64,000 bases of DNA from Tubiluchus corallicola (Eukaryota; Animalia; Priapulida), in assembly GCA_030141605.1 (NCBI GenBank), contig JAQGDQ010000087.1, positions 124,001 to 188,000 of the forward strand, in the 5' to 3' direction. Below are positions 49,634 to 62,507 of the stretch, piece by piece. The translations under genes and the position numbers were made by a program. Within the stretch, counting starts at the first letter, position 1. Every line of letters starts with the position of its first letter. The notes under the pieces are model-generated. The model did not search any database and was not told the DNA's origin. It saw only the letters and a list, made by a program, of their open reading frames with translations.

Positions 49634-52600
49634 TTAATTATCCCCATCTGAAATTCACTTACCGGGGTTTGGTGACGTACAATATAAAAAAAACTGGAAG
49701 GTAACAACGAACATAAAATATATACCACCCAAAAATTAATGCAATTTTATACTGAATGAACAGATAAAAACCGGTAATGTATCAACAAAAACGCAAGTAT
49801 ATACAGATAAAAAGACTAATGTCAGTTTCACACTCAGTAAGCAGGAAAAACATAATAAAGTAATCCATCTTTGTTTGTTTAATGTCTAGTGTATAGGAGG
49901 AGACCCAACTAGTTTGAAGGCTTCAAAATGTTTAAGAAGTGCAGACTCATTTAATTAGTTAATTAAACTTAATTACAACACTTTGAACTAAATTGGTATG
50001 CGTTCTTGTCGTATGCGGGGTACACAGTCATTTAGTTATAGAAATACACGCGTGCAGTTATCCGTACATCGTTTAAAAGCATAGTTGACATTTATACATG
50101 GTATTATATGACACTATTTCTATTGATGCTAACATGTACCAGTGACATTAGTGTTAATAACCTACTAGGAGTTGTTATTAATCTACTTTTGCTTGTTATA
50201 AATTGGCACAAACGCAATAAACTAGTCGTACTAATGAATGGCAGTTATATTTAGAATGGCCATCATATGCGATTCATTAAGTTATTAGAATAGACGGGGT
50301 TGTTGATTGCAACGCTTCTTTTAATGTTTATATTGTGTATAGTGTGTGGTGGAGTATTTGCACGAACTTGTAAACGATCTTTTACGTTAAAAATCAGTAT
50401 CAAAACGCTCCGGTTCTGTAAACACATGGTTTGATTACCATTGTTTTAGCTCTTTCTAAAGTCATATTGAAAACAAATAGAGATTGTTGTTCTGGAACGA
50501 TTTACCGGTCAAAGGAGTACAAAGTTTTATTTTATATATTTTTTATCGCCTGATGTTTATTATTCACAGTAAATTTTAATTATGTATGCATACTTAAACG
50601 CGTACATGTGGTAGATGTAAATGCTAAAATGGGTAGACGTAGACCATATGTATTACATGCAGCTGGGTGGCACATGAAAATCTGACGTTAATCCGTATCA
50701 CTTTAGTTGGTTTATAACAACCGAAACGTTACCTACAGATGTAACGTCACCAGTTTCTTATTCGTTGTTAGAGAAGTTACGTTAGTGTTCCACTTAAGAG
50801 TTAACATTACTAGAAGCAACATTGCCAACTTACAAAGCGAGGCAGGTAACCTCTAGGCCACTTTGTCCGTTGCTATATCTTTTCCATTCAATTGTTTACC
50901 GATGGTCAGAAAGGAAGCATTTTATTGATGAATACGGCTCGTTAGACATGCAAAATTTATCAGGTAATGGTTTACCTGGTGGGTTATTCGTTACAGTTTA
51001 CATTCAAAACTGATTTAGTTCATTCTCGATGCCCTTCTGCGCAACAAGGAAGGTCACAAAAACCCAAAAGCTTGTGTAACAGTAATATAATAGTTTTGCC
51101 ACGAAAAGAACTCCATGGATGTGAATTGTGCAGCATAGCTGACTTGAGTAATGGATATATTTTTTTAATCTCATCGAGACAAACCTCGCAACGTTAAGCC
51201 TCCTATAAAAATTTGTCTTTGCCAGTTTGGGCGCCATGCGTCTACTTCAAATGCCCCCCAGATCAGCAGCAAATGCCGGAAATGGTTTTCCCAGGAGGAG
51301 TTTAGCTAGTTCTATTTACTAGTATTTACCATTTTGGTAGTTTTCGTAGTACTTAAAATCCTTAGTATGTGCACAAAAAAATCACATGCCCTTGCAGTTT
51401 CCTCATAAAGATAAATGAAAGTTGAATCATTTCAGTAGCTGTAAAAGTGGTTTCAAGTCTGTAATGTTAGACCTAGTTGCGCAGGTGTTTTCTTTCTCGT
51501 TACAAACGCCTTCACTAGTGAGATTTATTGTTTTACAAAATCTAAATGCGTGCATCTAAATTATGCATTTCTCTAAACAACTTTCATTTTCTTTGTTCAC
51601 ATGGGAATTCGCTGATCGTTTCTGGGCTGTTACTTCAAATGTGTTTTGTATTGAATTAAAAAGAAAACACGTACCGTGGCATAAATTTTCAAATGAGGGT
51701 TACTCCTTAATTCTATTTAACGCGCTCGCTCGCTTGTTTTTTCTTTATTATCTGTCTTAGACGGTTAAATTTTCTAGCTTTTTTTAAATTAGTTTAATTT
51801 TTAACCGCGTCCCAGTAGCACTATATACGCCAGGAAAATCTCTGGTATCACTCAGTTGTATTTTCAAGTTTTTGAATACCAAATGCTCGCCCTTTTCAGG
51901 CTATTATTGATGATAAATTTTCGTCTCGCAGTAAAATCTGTTGAAAATGAAAATTTGTGGGCTGCATTGAATGCGTCTTCGATGAGTTTCGTGTTCTAAT
52001 GGCAAACTGTAAATCTGCGTTATGGTGGGTGGACGTATCTTCTACCTGCACACAAACTGTCAACAGTAATTTCCAGAAAATATAACAATACCGAATTTCA
52101 CTAATTACGTTTGAACATTTGTTATTTTGAGAGTACACACATGTATAATTAAAACTAAAATAAAATAAATTAAAACTAGTTTATTGTTTAGTCATAATTA
52201 TAAAAAAATTTATTTTTATTTTTAATTGTGCGGACTCTGCTTAATATTTATTAATATTTAAGTATGAAATATGAGTGCAGGATATACGTATGCATTGTAT
52301 AAAATGTATGTACAAAATCGAATAAAGTTTTACAAATAAAAAGGGCCACTTAGAAGAATGCGAATAAAAGCACAAAGAGACGAAGCTATTTACAGGTGCC
52401 TGTTGCATGAAAAATGATTATTGATTTGCACCTTTAAACGTTTTTTTAAAAAGGTTTACTACTCTGAGCGTAGACCAATGAGCAACACCGCTGACAGACC
52501 CTGTGAGTTTATTCCCGATTTTAGTTATTCTGTTAGAGAAAGGGATTTTTGAAACAATGACAGATCTACAATGCATGTGTTGTAACTTCAAGCGGTGACC

Positions 52601-55600
52601 TCTGGTTACGTTACTTGCGCATTAGTTTGTTTTCATTACAGGAACACTTTTTAAACAATATTTGTTCCTGATTAGAAAATCGATAAATTGGAAAGTGAGT
52701 ACCCATATTATATAATTTTGTCAATCGCACACACTCAGTCATATGTCTGTCCATGTCTATTTGATTGTGTGAAATCCAGCCTGATTCATTTCAAAAAATT
52801 ACGCGTTGGAACACTTCGGATAACATTCAATATTTATTCATGAATGATTGCCTGTCAATTTACAACTTAATTAAGAATCTATTACTTGTGTAACTATAGC
52901 AAGTGCGGGACGCAGGTAGTCGCGACTTCGTGTTGCTTGCAATTTTGCAATGGGTGCATAATCTGGGGAGAAACTGGGTGCAAGTTTTAGGTGCCCAATC
53001 TCGGAAAGAAGCGATTACTCGTATTAAGTTCCACGTAGAAGGGGGTAACACGTCTTCTGAGATACAGAATGTAGAACCTTTGGCTTGCTGTACGTAAGGA
53101 GATGTAGAGAGGTGACTGGAACATTCTGGTAAGCCGCTCTTCCGTATTGAACTGAAATATTAATTAGTTTAACATTGATGCAGTTGCAAGCATTAGTTAG
53201 CATTGTAACGCACCACTTTAATTCTCTCCATAATACGAACTCGCACATTTCTGATCGAAACAAAGTCGCACACTTATTCGTATTCCCGTCAAGGTTGTAC
53301 GGTACACAAGTTCAGCAAATGAAGCTTATATCGAAAATCATTTTGTTGACTTAAGAAATCTTCATTTTCTTTCAATAAAAATAAATGAAAAGGTTGGCGT
53401 GCCGCTGCGCATATTGGATAAGTTGTCAATCTTGTTGCACCTGTGGCTCTTGGATCAAACCGTGGCGGATCCAAGATTCAAATTTCAAATTAAGATTTTT
53501 CATGAATGGCACAATAAATACAATTTTTATTAAATATCAACGACATTTCAATTATTTTTACGCAGCCCGCTCCAAACAAGGCCTGTGTCCCTTGGGTCTC
53601 GAGGTACCTGTAAAAACAGTGGGTTCAGAAAATAAAATTCTTGAAAAATACCATAGAAAACATGTGAAATGTTCAGTACTCAAATTTTCAGGTAATTTAA
53701 ATTTTTAATGAAAAGCATGGCATCTCGGGGATCCCAAAGGAAGTATATAACTGAGGTTCATGAATTCTATAGAAGTCAAGTAATTATTATGACTACAAAG
53801 TACATTGCATAGGCTTTTTCTTTGACAAACAGTGTGAAAGTAAGCAAATTTGCTCGTATCTCCTCATCATTTCTTTCTCAATAGGCAGTGAATATGTGCC
53901 TGTTCGTAGCAAAACATCACAAATTCACATTAGATTGGTAGATTATGTATGCGCGTGTTCTTGCTGTTGGTTTAACACTAGATATTTGCTGGTTTTATAT
54001 CAAGGGCACAGCTAGAAGTGGCTTATTAAAGACGACATACCGCTGATTCAAGTATAAATTAAAAATGTTGAAAAGTCTGAAGTAGTTACTTTGCAAAAAT
54101 CTTTTTTTGGGGGTCGCTTTAAGTTTTACATTTGTCACGTTCGCCACTTTGATGTTCTTTAAGAAATCTCACAATGGTGGATCTGCCTACATCCACTTTT
54201 ATATGGCCATGTGTATCCCATATATTGATCTAATCAAGCGAACTCTGATGAAAGCACATTTGCCGTCCAACTAGGACATCTATAATGCATAAAATGTAAG
54301 TGTGCAAGTTGCCCTAACCAAATCAGCCACACTGGACCAAACTTTACTGGTGCCCGGGGATGATAAAATGTGTTCTATTGAATACTGTTTTGCTTTGTTA
54401 AATTGTCAGCATAGCGTGCCACTGATATAGTCAGATTTCAATTTCCTCCTAAATTTTTTGTACTAAGTATGATTCAGCAACAAACCTGTAAGTGACAACA
54501 AGCTTTTTCACGTTCTCCAAATTTCTTGCAATTGTCGCGGAACTCTTTTCTACCTCATTAAAAGTGTCATGGTAAAGTGGAATAAATAAACGTTTGTCGA
54601 ATTGAATTGATTAACAGTCGTCGCATTACGTAGTCGCGAGGGCTGGTTATTTACCATTGCTTGGCGTTTGGCTTCCAACGTATAAATAATGCAGCGCAGC
54701 TATTAATAATGCACAGGATATGTGAAGCTAAGTGGCAAATGTCAGGTTTGCTCGTAGAGCGGGTTTCCTGCCCGATGACAAAATTTTGAGACGCCATTAA
54801 TTTTCAGCTTAAATTTTCTACAAGTTTATGAGATAGCAGCTCCAGAGGGTGATGATATTTGACGTTTCTCGTTCAAGAGTAATTTCCCGAGCTATTCTCA
54901 GCAGTGTTTTCTTGCTCATTTATGTTTGCTCGGTATAACAAGTATATCAAGAAAGCAAGTTATCATGAAACGTAATCACCAGTACATTCTACATGTAAAC
55001 AAAGTTACTAGTTTAAGTTAGTTTTCTAAACCAGTTCTGTATCTCATTCAACTTAAAACAACCCTTGCTACGTTAGTGTGCATTAGAATACGATATTTGC
55101 ATATGTTTAGTGCGCTGCATTTGTTATATCTTTTCCCTTACTGTTGAGTAGTTGCATGTGATGAAAATTACCTGAAAATGATCTCAGCGGTTCTGACTGA
55201 AGCTATAAGAGCATATGCATCCCTGCAAGGTACTGTCTGAGCATGTCTTTTATTTGCTGTTTGGCTTCCTTCTGCCGGGAAACGGTTAAGACCCAATTTA
55301 CTTGCGCAGGTACAAAATCCATATACGTAGCATCTCTATAGTCTCTATAATAAAGGCGAAATGGCACATGTAGCTGATATAAGCTGACTTGCACGATTAC
55401 AGCTCGTGCAATATACCCGGGGGAATAACTCAAATATTTGCCCAATCGTTGGTTATTTTCGCTTGTATGGCAAAACAAAAAGGAGGCAGTGGCATTTACT
55501 CTGAGCGAAGAGAGCTCATGAAATTAGCTTCATGCTACCTGAGTACAACGTATTTACCAGGTGCTCAAATATAGGATCCAGTTCTGTTTTGAAAAACATA

Positions 55601-56746
55601 AATACTGCAACCCGTGGATCTGTAACGTGTTTAATTGTGTACGTCTACATTGTACAGTTTTATGTAACCGAAAGCCTGTACAAATTCTCAACAATTTTCA
55701 TAACAACGACGGTTAATCATATCATTCCTAACAGCCTCGTACCTCGGACCGTGAGACTGAAGACCAGTAAAGTACGAAAAGCAGTGATGGATTGAGCTCA
55801 TCATGAGATTACAATGAGTAACAATTTATCATATGACAATAAGTATAGTTGATAACAATAGGTGTATGTAGAAGCGGTGAACTGCGTCCCGTTGACGACA
55901 AGAATGATACTGTTCTTCATTTTCGTAGTTCGGTTGCGAGGCTGATTAAGAGGATATGGTTTATCATCATTGTTTTTTATGAAAATTTGCCCAGGATTTG
56001 GGTTATATTTAATTTAAAATATGTCAGTTAAAAATTTGGTATATTTGAGTTTTGGAATCGTGGATTATTTCTATTGAAAAACTCTTATGTAGGGATTTTT
56101 GAGTTTACTCCTCTATTTGATTCGATTTCTCTGTTTGCAAAATGAAAATATTTAGTAGCTGACTGTGTAATTTGATTACACTTCCTGCATAATGTTGTAT
56201 TATTTTATTGTTTTGTAAACATAAATAAAGCGTATGACGTAAAATATACATGTAAAACTCTATTATTTCCCGTAACTCCTTTGTGTAATAATGTTATACG
56301 GCCTCTCTGGATACCAGTCTGTGTGTTAAACCTCAACTCTAGCATAATTAATATGTGATTTATTTCACGTTTTTCAAGGCTGCTGAACTTTATGGCTTCT
56401 TTATCTATGCGGGTAAATACAGAATAAACAAATAAATCGCCGATTTCATCTGCTTTTGTTTGTGGAATTTCAGCCGCGAGGTGATATCTACTACTTCCGG
56501 TATTACGGTTTACCGAGAAGTGCTAACACAGGTGTTTAATGACCTCACGTATATAGGGGCGATTTAGTATTTGCTACGAGAACTACAATGTTGGTAAAAA
56601 GATGAGTGGGCATACTATTTACCGTCCTTCTCTTGTTGGCGATGTTATAAGGGATACGTAACGTGTAACCGTAACTATACCGAGTAAATTTATCGACTTT
56701 ACAAACGTTGTGACAACCTCCTGTGATTTACACATTATAACTGAAG

Positions 56747-56857
56747 ATGAATTCTCTCAACGGACTGGACTATCGCTTTCACGGGCTCACCAGCATGGAC
56801 ACTGTCCATACGTTCGTGAAGGCTTATGGAACGGAATGCATAAAGAGATTTTTACAG
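56747..56857 (+). CDS. Candidate alternative first coding exon of Liprin-alpha: MNSLNGLDYRFHGLTSMDTVHTFVKAYGTECIKRFLQ
   Basis: ATG (AAGATG) after an in-frame TAA at 56738, a second in-frame AGCATGG at 56795, and 37 open codons ending in a phase-0 perfect donor CAG|GTAAGT, the same phase as the 8304 donor. Confidence 0.45.
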
Positions 56858-57066
56858 GTAAGTTAATTTCTTGCAATTTTCTGTTGGAGCTTGTACCCGG
56901 CAAATCATGAGGCATAAAAGATTGTCAGATCGTTAATTTGCATCTCTTGGTTTTGTTCATAGAAGCTGGGTACACTAAGAAGTCTTTGTACGTATTTTTA
57001 TGTGAGCTTGTTTAGATATGTGGTGCATATTTGGGATTGGAATTTCACACGCTGGTTCTGAATCTA

Positions 57067-57524
57067 CCGTATTTTCCCGTGTATAAGAGACCCTTTTTTG
57101 CTCAGAATTTTCACTTTAAAAATAGGGGGTCTCTTATACATGGGAGTAAGTCTTTTCAATAAGATGCATAAATTGTGACACTAATGATTTTAAAAGAAAT
57201 AAGTGCTCTACAACTGTTTTGCGTGTGGCGTTCGACTATGAAGCGGTTGTAAGCAATACAAGCATCGTGACACAGGCATTATCTCCTCGTTTTCTCTTTT
57301 CCTGTTACAGAGGTTTGCAGGTACGCACTTTAATATATACCAGTACTCTTTTTCTACAACACATTAACTGGTTTTATTTTGTTTTCAGTACCGCACTGAG
57401 TTGAAAAAAGTTGTACTTTACCCTCTAAAAATGTCCGTCTGAAAAAACTTTTTTCCAGAATTTTTGCCTAAAAATTGAAGGGGTCTCTTATACACAAGGT
57501 TCTCTTATACACGGGAAAATACGG
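57067..57524. mobile_element. Tc2/pogo-like MITE, 458 bp, perfect 24-bp TIRs, TA target duplication
   Basis: TA|CCGTATTTTCCCGTGTATAAGAGA ... TCTCTTATACACGGGAAAATACGG|TA, with subterminal GGTCTCTTATACA repeats at about 57128 and 57482. Confidence 0.93.
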
Positions 57525-60500
57525 TAGTTTAAAATTCTGAAATACAATTTGTGTCGCAATATTAAAACCAGATGCTTACCGTATTATAGGCTAAATAGGT
57601 GCCACATAAATAACTTTATCATTTCCCTATAAATAAATTCTGTTGGTGTCAAACGTTAATCTTGCAGTTGATTGCTATTGTGTTCCATGGTTTCCCCTCC
57701 ATTAAATCGGCATATATAAATCAGGCAGTGATAGTCAGACCTATGTCCGACAAATTTTACAGCTCTGTGTGGACCTCGTTCATCCTTTCCGAAGTCGTAA
57801 AATGCACCTTTTAGTGGAGCTCTTGACTAGCTGTGTGTATGAAAAGTGAAAGAGGTCAATACGCAGAGCAAAATCTGGAAAAAAACGTTAATTAGGGAGT
57901 CGAATCACGTACTAGGGTGACCTAGAATCAAAGGGACAATTTTACTGTCTTTCTGTCGCGGCTTTGTGAGAGATTTTTACCCGTAACGCTTTTGATCACA
58001 TTTGAAGATGACAAACGACCCTGCAGGCGATTTCGGTCGGCTTCGTTTAACTCGTCGACTGATTTATAAAACAGTTTTAATCATTGATTTTGGCCGGGCA
58101 AGCGCCGCGACTCCATTCCGGAATTTCAATCAATTTCGACGCGATTTTCGCAAAAATAGTTGTGAACGATTCTGAAGTCGTTCGCTGAGCTATGTTTAAG
58201 CACTATAGCCTGACATTAACACCAATTTATCCAGTGCACTAATCTTCTATAACGTAGTGATTTAGCAGGAGCAGCGCTGATTTATTACCTCTTACAAGTG
58301 CATAGCGAGTTAAATAAGTGGTTTATTTTATTTAGCTTGTATATGTTAAATTTGCACTATCAAGAAGCCAATAACTTTTAAGGATGAGAACTGGGCAGTT
58401 TTTTGTGACACATGTTATGAATTTATGATTGTCGAAAATCTTGCGACCCATGACTGCATACGTATCTCGCAACCCGTATCTCCCATACCCAGTGTACTAG
58501 AGTAGTAATAAACCGAATTTTGTTATCGGCTGCCGCGCCTCAGTAACAAAGATGTTAAACTTATTTAATTTGTGACTTTCCTTGTTTGCAAAAAAATAAA
58601 GCATCTAAGAGACGTGCCATCCCCGTTCCCCTTATCCATGACAGGAATACTACACAAAATTTCATGGCCTATGACCTGGGATTTGCAGGAAAATTACTCT
58701 CTTACTTGTTTATGGAACGATTGCATTGCACATAATATTCAATTTTCAATACATGTACGCACACTACATGCCAAATTTAGTGCATGGTTATCATACATTC
58801 CATTTTTGTGTATAACCGTGTGTGTGTGTTTTACGAATACATGGCATAGTTTGAGTTATTAATTGTCCGTACAACTTTTTGACTTTGATCAGTTTGTTGT
58901 TGACACATTTTCTTAAAGTAGTCTGTATAAACAACATGCCTTGTAGAGCGTATTCCACTGGGCGTCATAGTCGGTCGAAATCCATTATCAGTCATTTCAT
59001 AAATAATGCAGAACTCAGAAAGAGAAGGAAATATGAGAGGATAGAGAGGGCAAAGACAGGATGAAACGTCCATTTTTTATTTGTTGTAGTCTGCTATATC
59101 TGTAACATACAGTGTAGTTTAAATTGTTATAAGGCTAATGTGAGGCATTTGATGTGTGACCTTTCCGCACACTCTAGTTAGACTAACAGAAAAATGCACC
59201 CATCCAATTTTTGACAAAGAAATAAAATTGGTTTTACGTAAAAATTATTGGACGGATGAGTATTTACATTAATAAGACGTTAAGCTTTACCTCTGAACTG
59301 AGATACCAGATGTGAATTTGAACTGCAACCCCTTCGTGTCCAGCAAAACGGTTAGATCGTGAAATAGTCTCAACTTTGCCATTAGACGTAGCCATTTGTC
59401 CATTGATATTCATATTCGCGCAAAGTAGAACTAGAAGCCTAGAACCTGAATAAATTTTGTAACATTACAGTTAGCTATTTTTACATCCTACTGGACTGTG
59501 ATAGATGACAGATGTAAAACACAAATACTTTTGGTTTTCAATCACAGTATATTAGGTGAGTTACTGTAAATAGTCTTACTAGACTTCCTAATACTTGCTC
59601 ATGCTGCCTGCTGTTTCGAGTGCTAGGTGGTTTCAGCATTGCATAAATTGATGAATAATAAAAAGGCTGTCTTTTGGTTTGAGCTTAATCGCGTGATTTC
59701 TGCCTACATTCATTCATTCATTGTTTTATTCGGTAAGACAGACCATTAAAAGGAATGTATTTATAATATCAGACGATTACAGCATTATATACACACAAGT
59801 CAAAAATCTTTAAATGAACGACGCTAAAACACACAGCAATAGTTGTGATAAAAATAAATACGAGAAATAAATGACAAAAAGAACACCACTTTGCTTCTAC
59901 TAGGTACGTATATATTTTTCGGTCATTCCAACTCCCCCTGTTTTTGTGTGTTTAGTTTTATGTGTAACACGTGTGACCAAAATAGCAGTTAAATTAGTAC
60001 TGTTTGTATATGCAAAGGGTACCCATAAAGTTTGTGTAGATGTAAGTTAATTGTTTCCGCACATATTTATATTATTGATTATTTTGTCAGAACGTGACAG
60101 GGAATGTTACCTAATCAAAACCTAGTACAACAGAAATTCCACTCTGTCGTCTGTTTGATTAGGAGTTATATTCGGGAGGAAATCTATATGCTCGCACAAT
60201 GCAAAATTGACTAATTTCTTCTCCCGTTTCGATTGTGCAAGCTGTGCTATTGCGCATATTTTCTCAATGGCGAATAATATTTTTCTTTGGACGATAAAGT
60301 TTAATTAAAATAAGATATTAACTTTACATCACTATCAGATTTCCAAAGAAATTTTTTTCACTCTTTCTTAATTGATCTGAAAGCGTAATTACCAAGTACT
60401 GCTTTGTGCTAGCACACATGTTATGTGTAATACGTTCTCGTAGTTTTTAATTGTTGTATGGCGCTTTCAGACGTAGGATCTTCTTTTGCAGCTTCTCTTT

Positions 60501-60630
60501 TGCAACTGTTCTGAGAGAAGTTGCCAAACCCTTCACACGTTGCAACCGGTTGCGAGAGAAGTTGCCAAGCCATTCACATGTTGCAACTGTACTCTCAGAG
60601 AAAAGTTGCCCAACAACTTGCGAGAGAAGT
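60501..60630. repeat. Degenerate ~41-bp tandem repeat, about 3 units (TTGCAAC....GAGAGAAGTTGCCAA)
   Basis: Directly visible. Confidence 0.75.
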
Positions 60631-61609
60631 CTCTATGTCTGAACGTGCCATTACTCCCTTTTAAAAATTTAAAAATTAAACTGTTGTGTGGATTATGCGA
60701 AGTAAATTTAGCAATATATGACTTCGTACGTGAAAAAATTACTTGAAAATATTTGTTCTATAACATAAAGAAGCACTTCCTTGCTGTAAAATTGCATTCA
60801 CCCATGTAACATCATCACGTTCAATTTTTGTAACATCTGGTGAAGTCATATAAACTTTCATCATAAAACCTGCTATGTGTGTGTATTGTTGCTCGTGCCA
60901 CATTCTCTTCTCCAGCGGACTCAACTGCTGGTATTTTTCTGATCAACTCTAATTTCTAAACTGTATTTCTTAACCCTTTTGACCCAGCACAACATCGTTT
61001 ATATTTACAAATTTCTATATTGGTTTATTGTCAGTGTGTTCTGATAAGATCAGTCTACTTGATCACTTAACACTGGCTTCCAGACCCAACTTCTCAGGTT
61101 GCACGCTGCTGGCTCAGCTGCTGAGGCAGATTATTATTATCGATCGGAAGCTGCATCAACAATTTCATCTGATCTATAGGTGTAGATCTAGATTCTCCTG
61201 TCTAATTCAGTAAATAATTATTGCGCGAGGCAGATGCTCGAGAACTGCTCTTGTGTATGCTCAAATCCTGTTAGCCAAATTTTGAAACTTTGCAACATTG
61301 AGACTCAGAAAGACTGCATCGCGACTTTTAACGCTCGCATAAAATGTAAAAAAATGTGTTCCTCTTGAGTAATCTTAAGGATTGCCTGAGTGTTTTTAGG
61401 AATGTTTGAATGTTTTGGTGTTTAGAGGGACACCAAACTTCAGTAAAATAAAAGAAATTGCAATTGTATGCAATAAGCACAATGTTAGGTAACACTAACA
61501 ACTAAAGCTGAACGTGAAACTTTTATATTCTTATATATTTTTGATAAATATAGATCATTCTGTTATAACTGAAAACTTGTCTGAAAGCAGTATGGTAGAA
61601 GAAATAACC

Positions 61610-61650
61610 ATTCATCCATTTACTCACCAGGCCCATCGTTGCTTAACTGC
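61610..61650 (-). mobile_element. 5S-derived fragment
   Basis: The minus strand reads AGTTAAGCAACGATGGGCCTGGTGAGTAAATGGATG, closely matching the 5S rRNA A-box/intermediate/C-box region. A weaker fragment lies at 45721-45760 (-). Confidence 0.6.
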
Positions 61651-62071
61651 CCATTGTTTAGTAACTCATGGCGTTACTAAAACACAGTAAACAAAGGTTT
61701 TGAGAGATGTCTCACCATGGATATTGTTTCGCGTGAACGAGAAAAACGAGAATTTTAAAGTAATCCTAGAAACCCTTTTTATAGAAAGTTATAACTGGAA
61801 AAGAAAATTCTTCATAATTTAAAATGTTTGCGCCAACTAGTGAAACGTCACTATATCACCAGCTCAGTGTACAACCTCTGGCTCACCAAAAAATACACAA
61901 TTGATCTTATTGACAATATAAAGTAATTTGTACTTTTACTTAGCGATGAGTGTGCTGCGAATGCTCTGATAGTGTTATCTAAACTTGTTTCAGACAACTT
62001 ACCGTTAAAATGGTGGCGCCTTGCGGTCATCTCTGGAGTTAAGTAGAAGTTTTATACTGCATTGCAGCTAA

Positions 62072-62507
62072 TGCTATCTCTGTATACAGTAAGACAGCAT
62101 ATAAATCATTCATGCGATCATACATATGTTGCTATCTCTGTATACAATAAGTAAGACAGCATATAAATCATTCATACGATCATATGTTGCTATCTCTGTA
62201 TACAATAAATAAGACAGCATATAAATCATTCATACGATCGTACATATGTTGCTATCTCTGTATACAATAAGACAGCATATAAATCATTCATACGATCGTA
62301 CATATGTTGCTATCTCTGTATACAATAAGACAGCATATAAATCATTCATACGATCATACATATGTTGCTATCTCTGTATACAATAAGGTACATATGTTTC
62401 TATCTCTGTATACAATAAGACAGCATATAAATCATTCATACGATCGTACATATGTTGCTATCTCTGTATACAATAAGACAGCATATAAATCATTCATACG
62501 ATCATAC
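62072..62507. repeat. 58-bp minisatellite (GACAGCATATAAATCATTCATACGATCGTACATATGTTGCTATCTCTGTATACAATAA), about 7-8 units, one truncated
   Basis: Directly visible tandem units without unique spacers. Confidence 0.97.

Noticed and set aside
53675-53700. Additional recursive site candidates ttttcag|gtaatt (53691) and tattag|gtgagt (59555)
   Set aside because: Short pyrimidine tracts and nearby upstream AGs; such matches are expected by chance in 55 kb of AT-rich DNA.
62072-62507. Possible CRISPR-like array
   Set aside because: Head-to-tail 58-bp units with no unique spacers, in a eukaryotic intron with no cas genes: a minisatellite.
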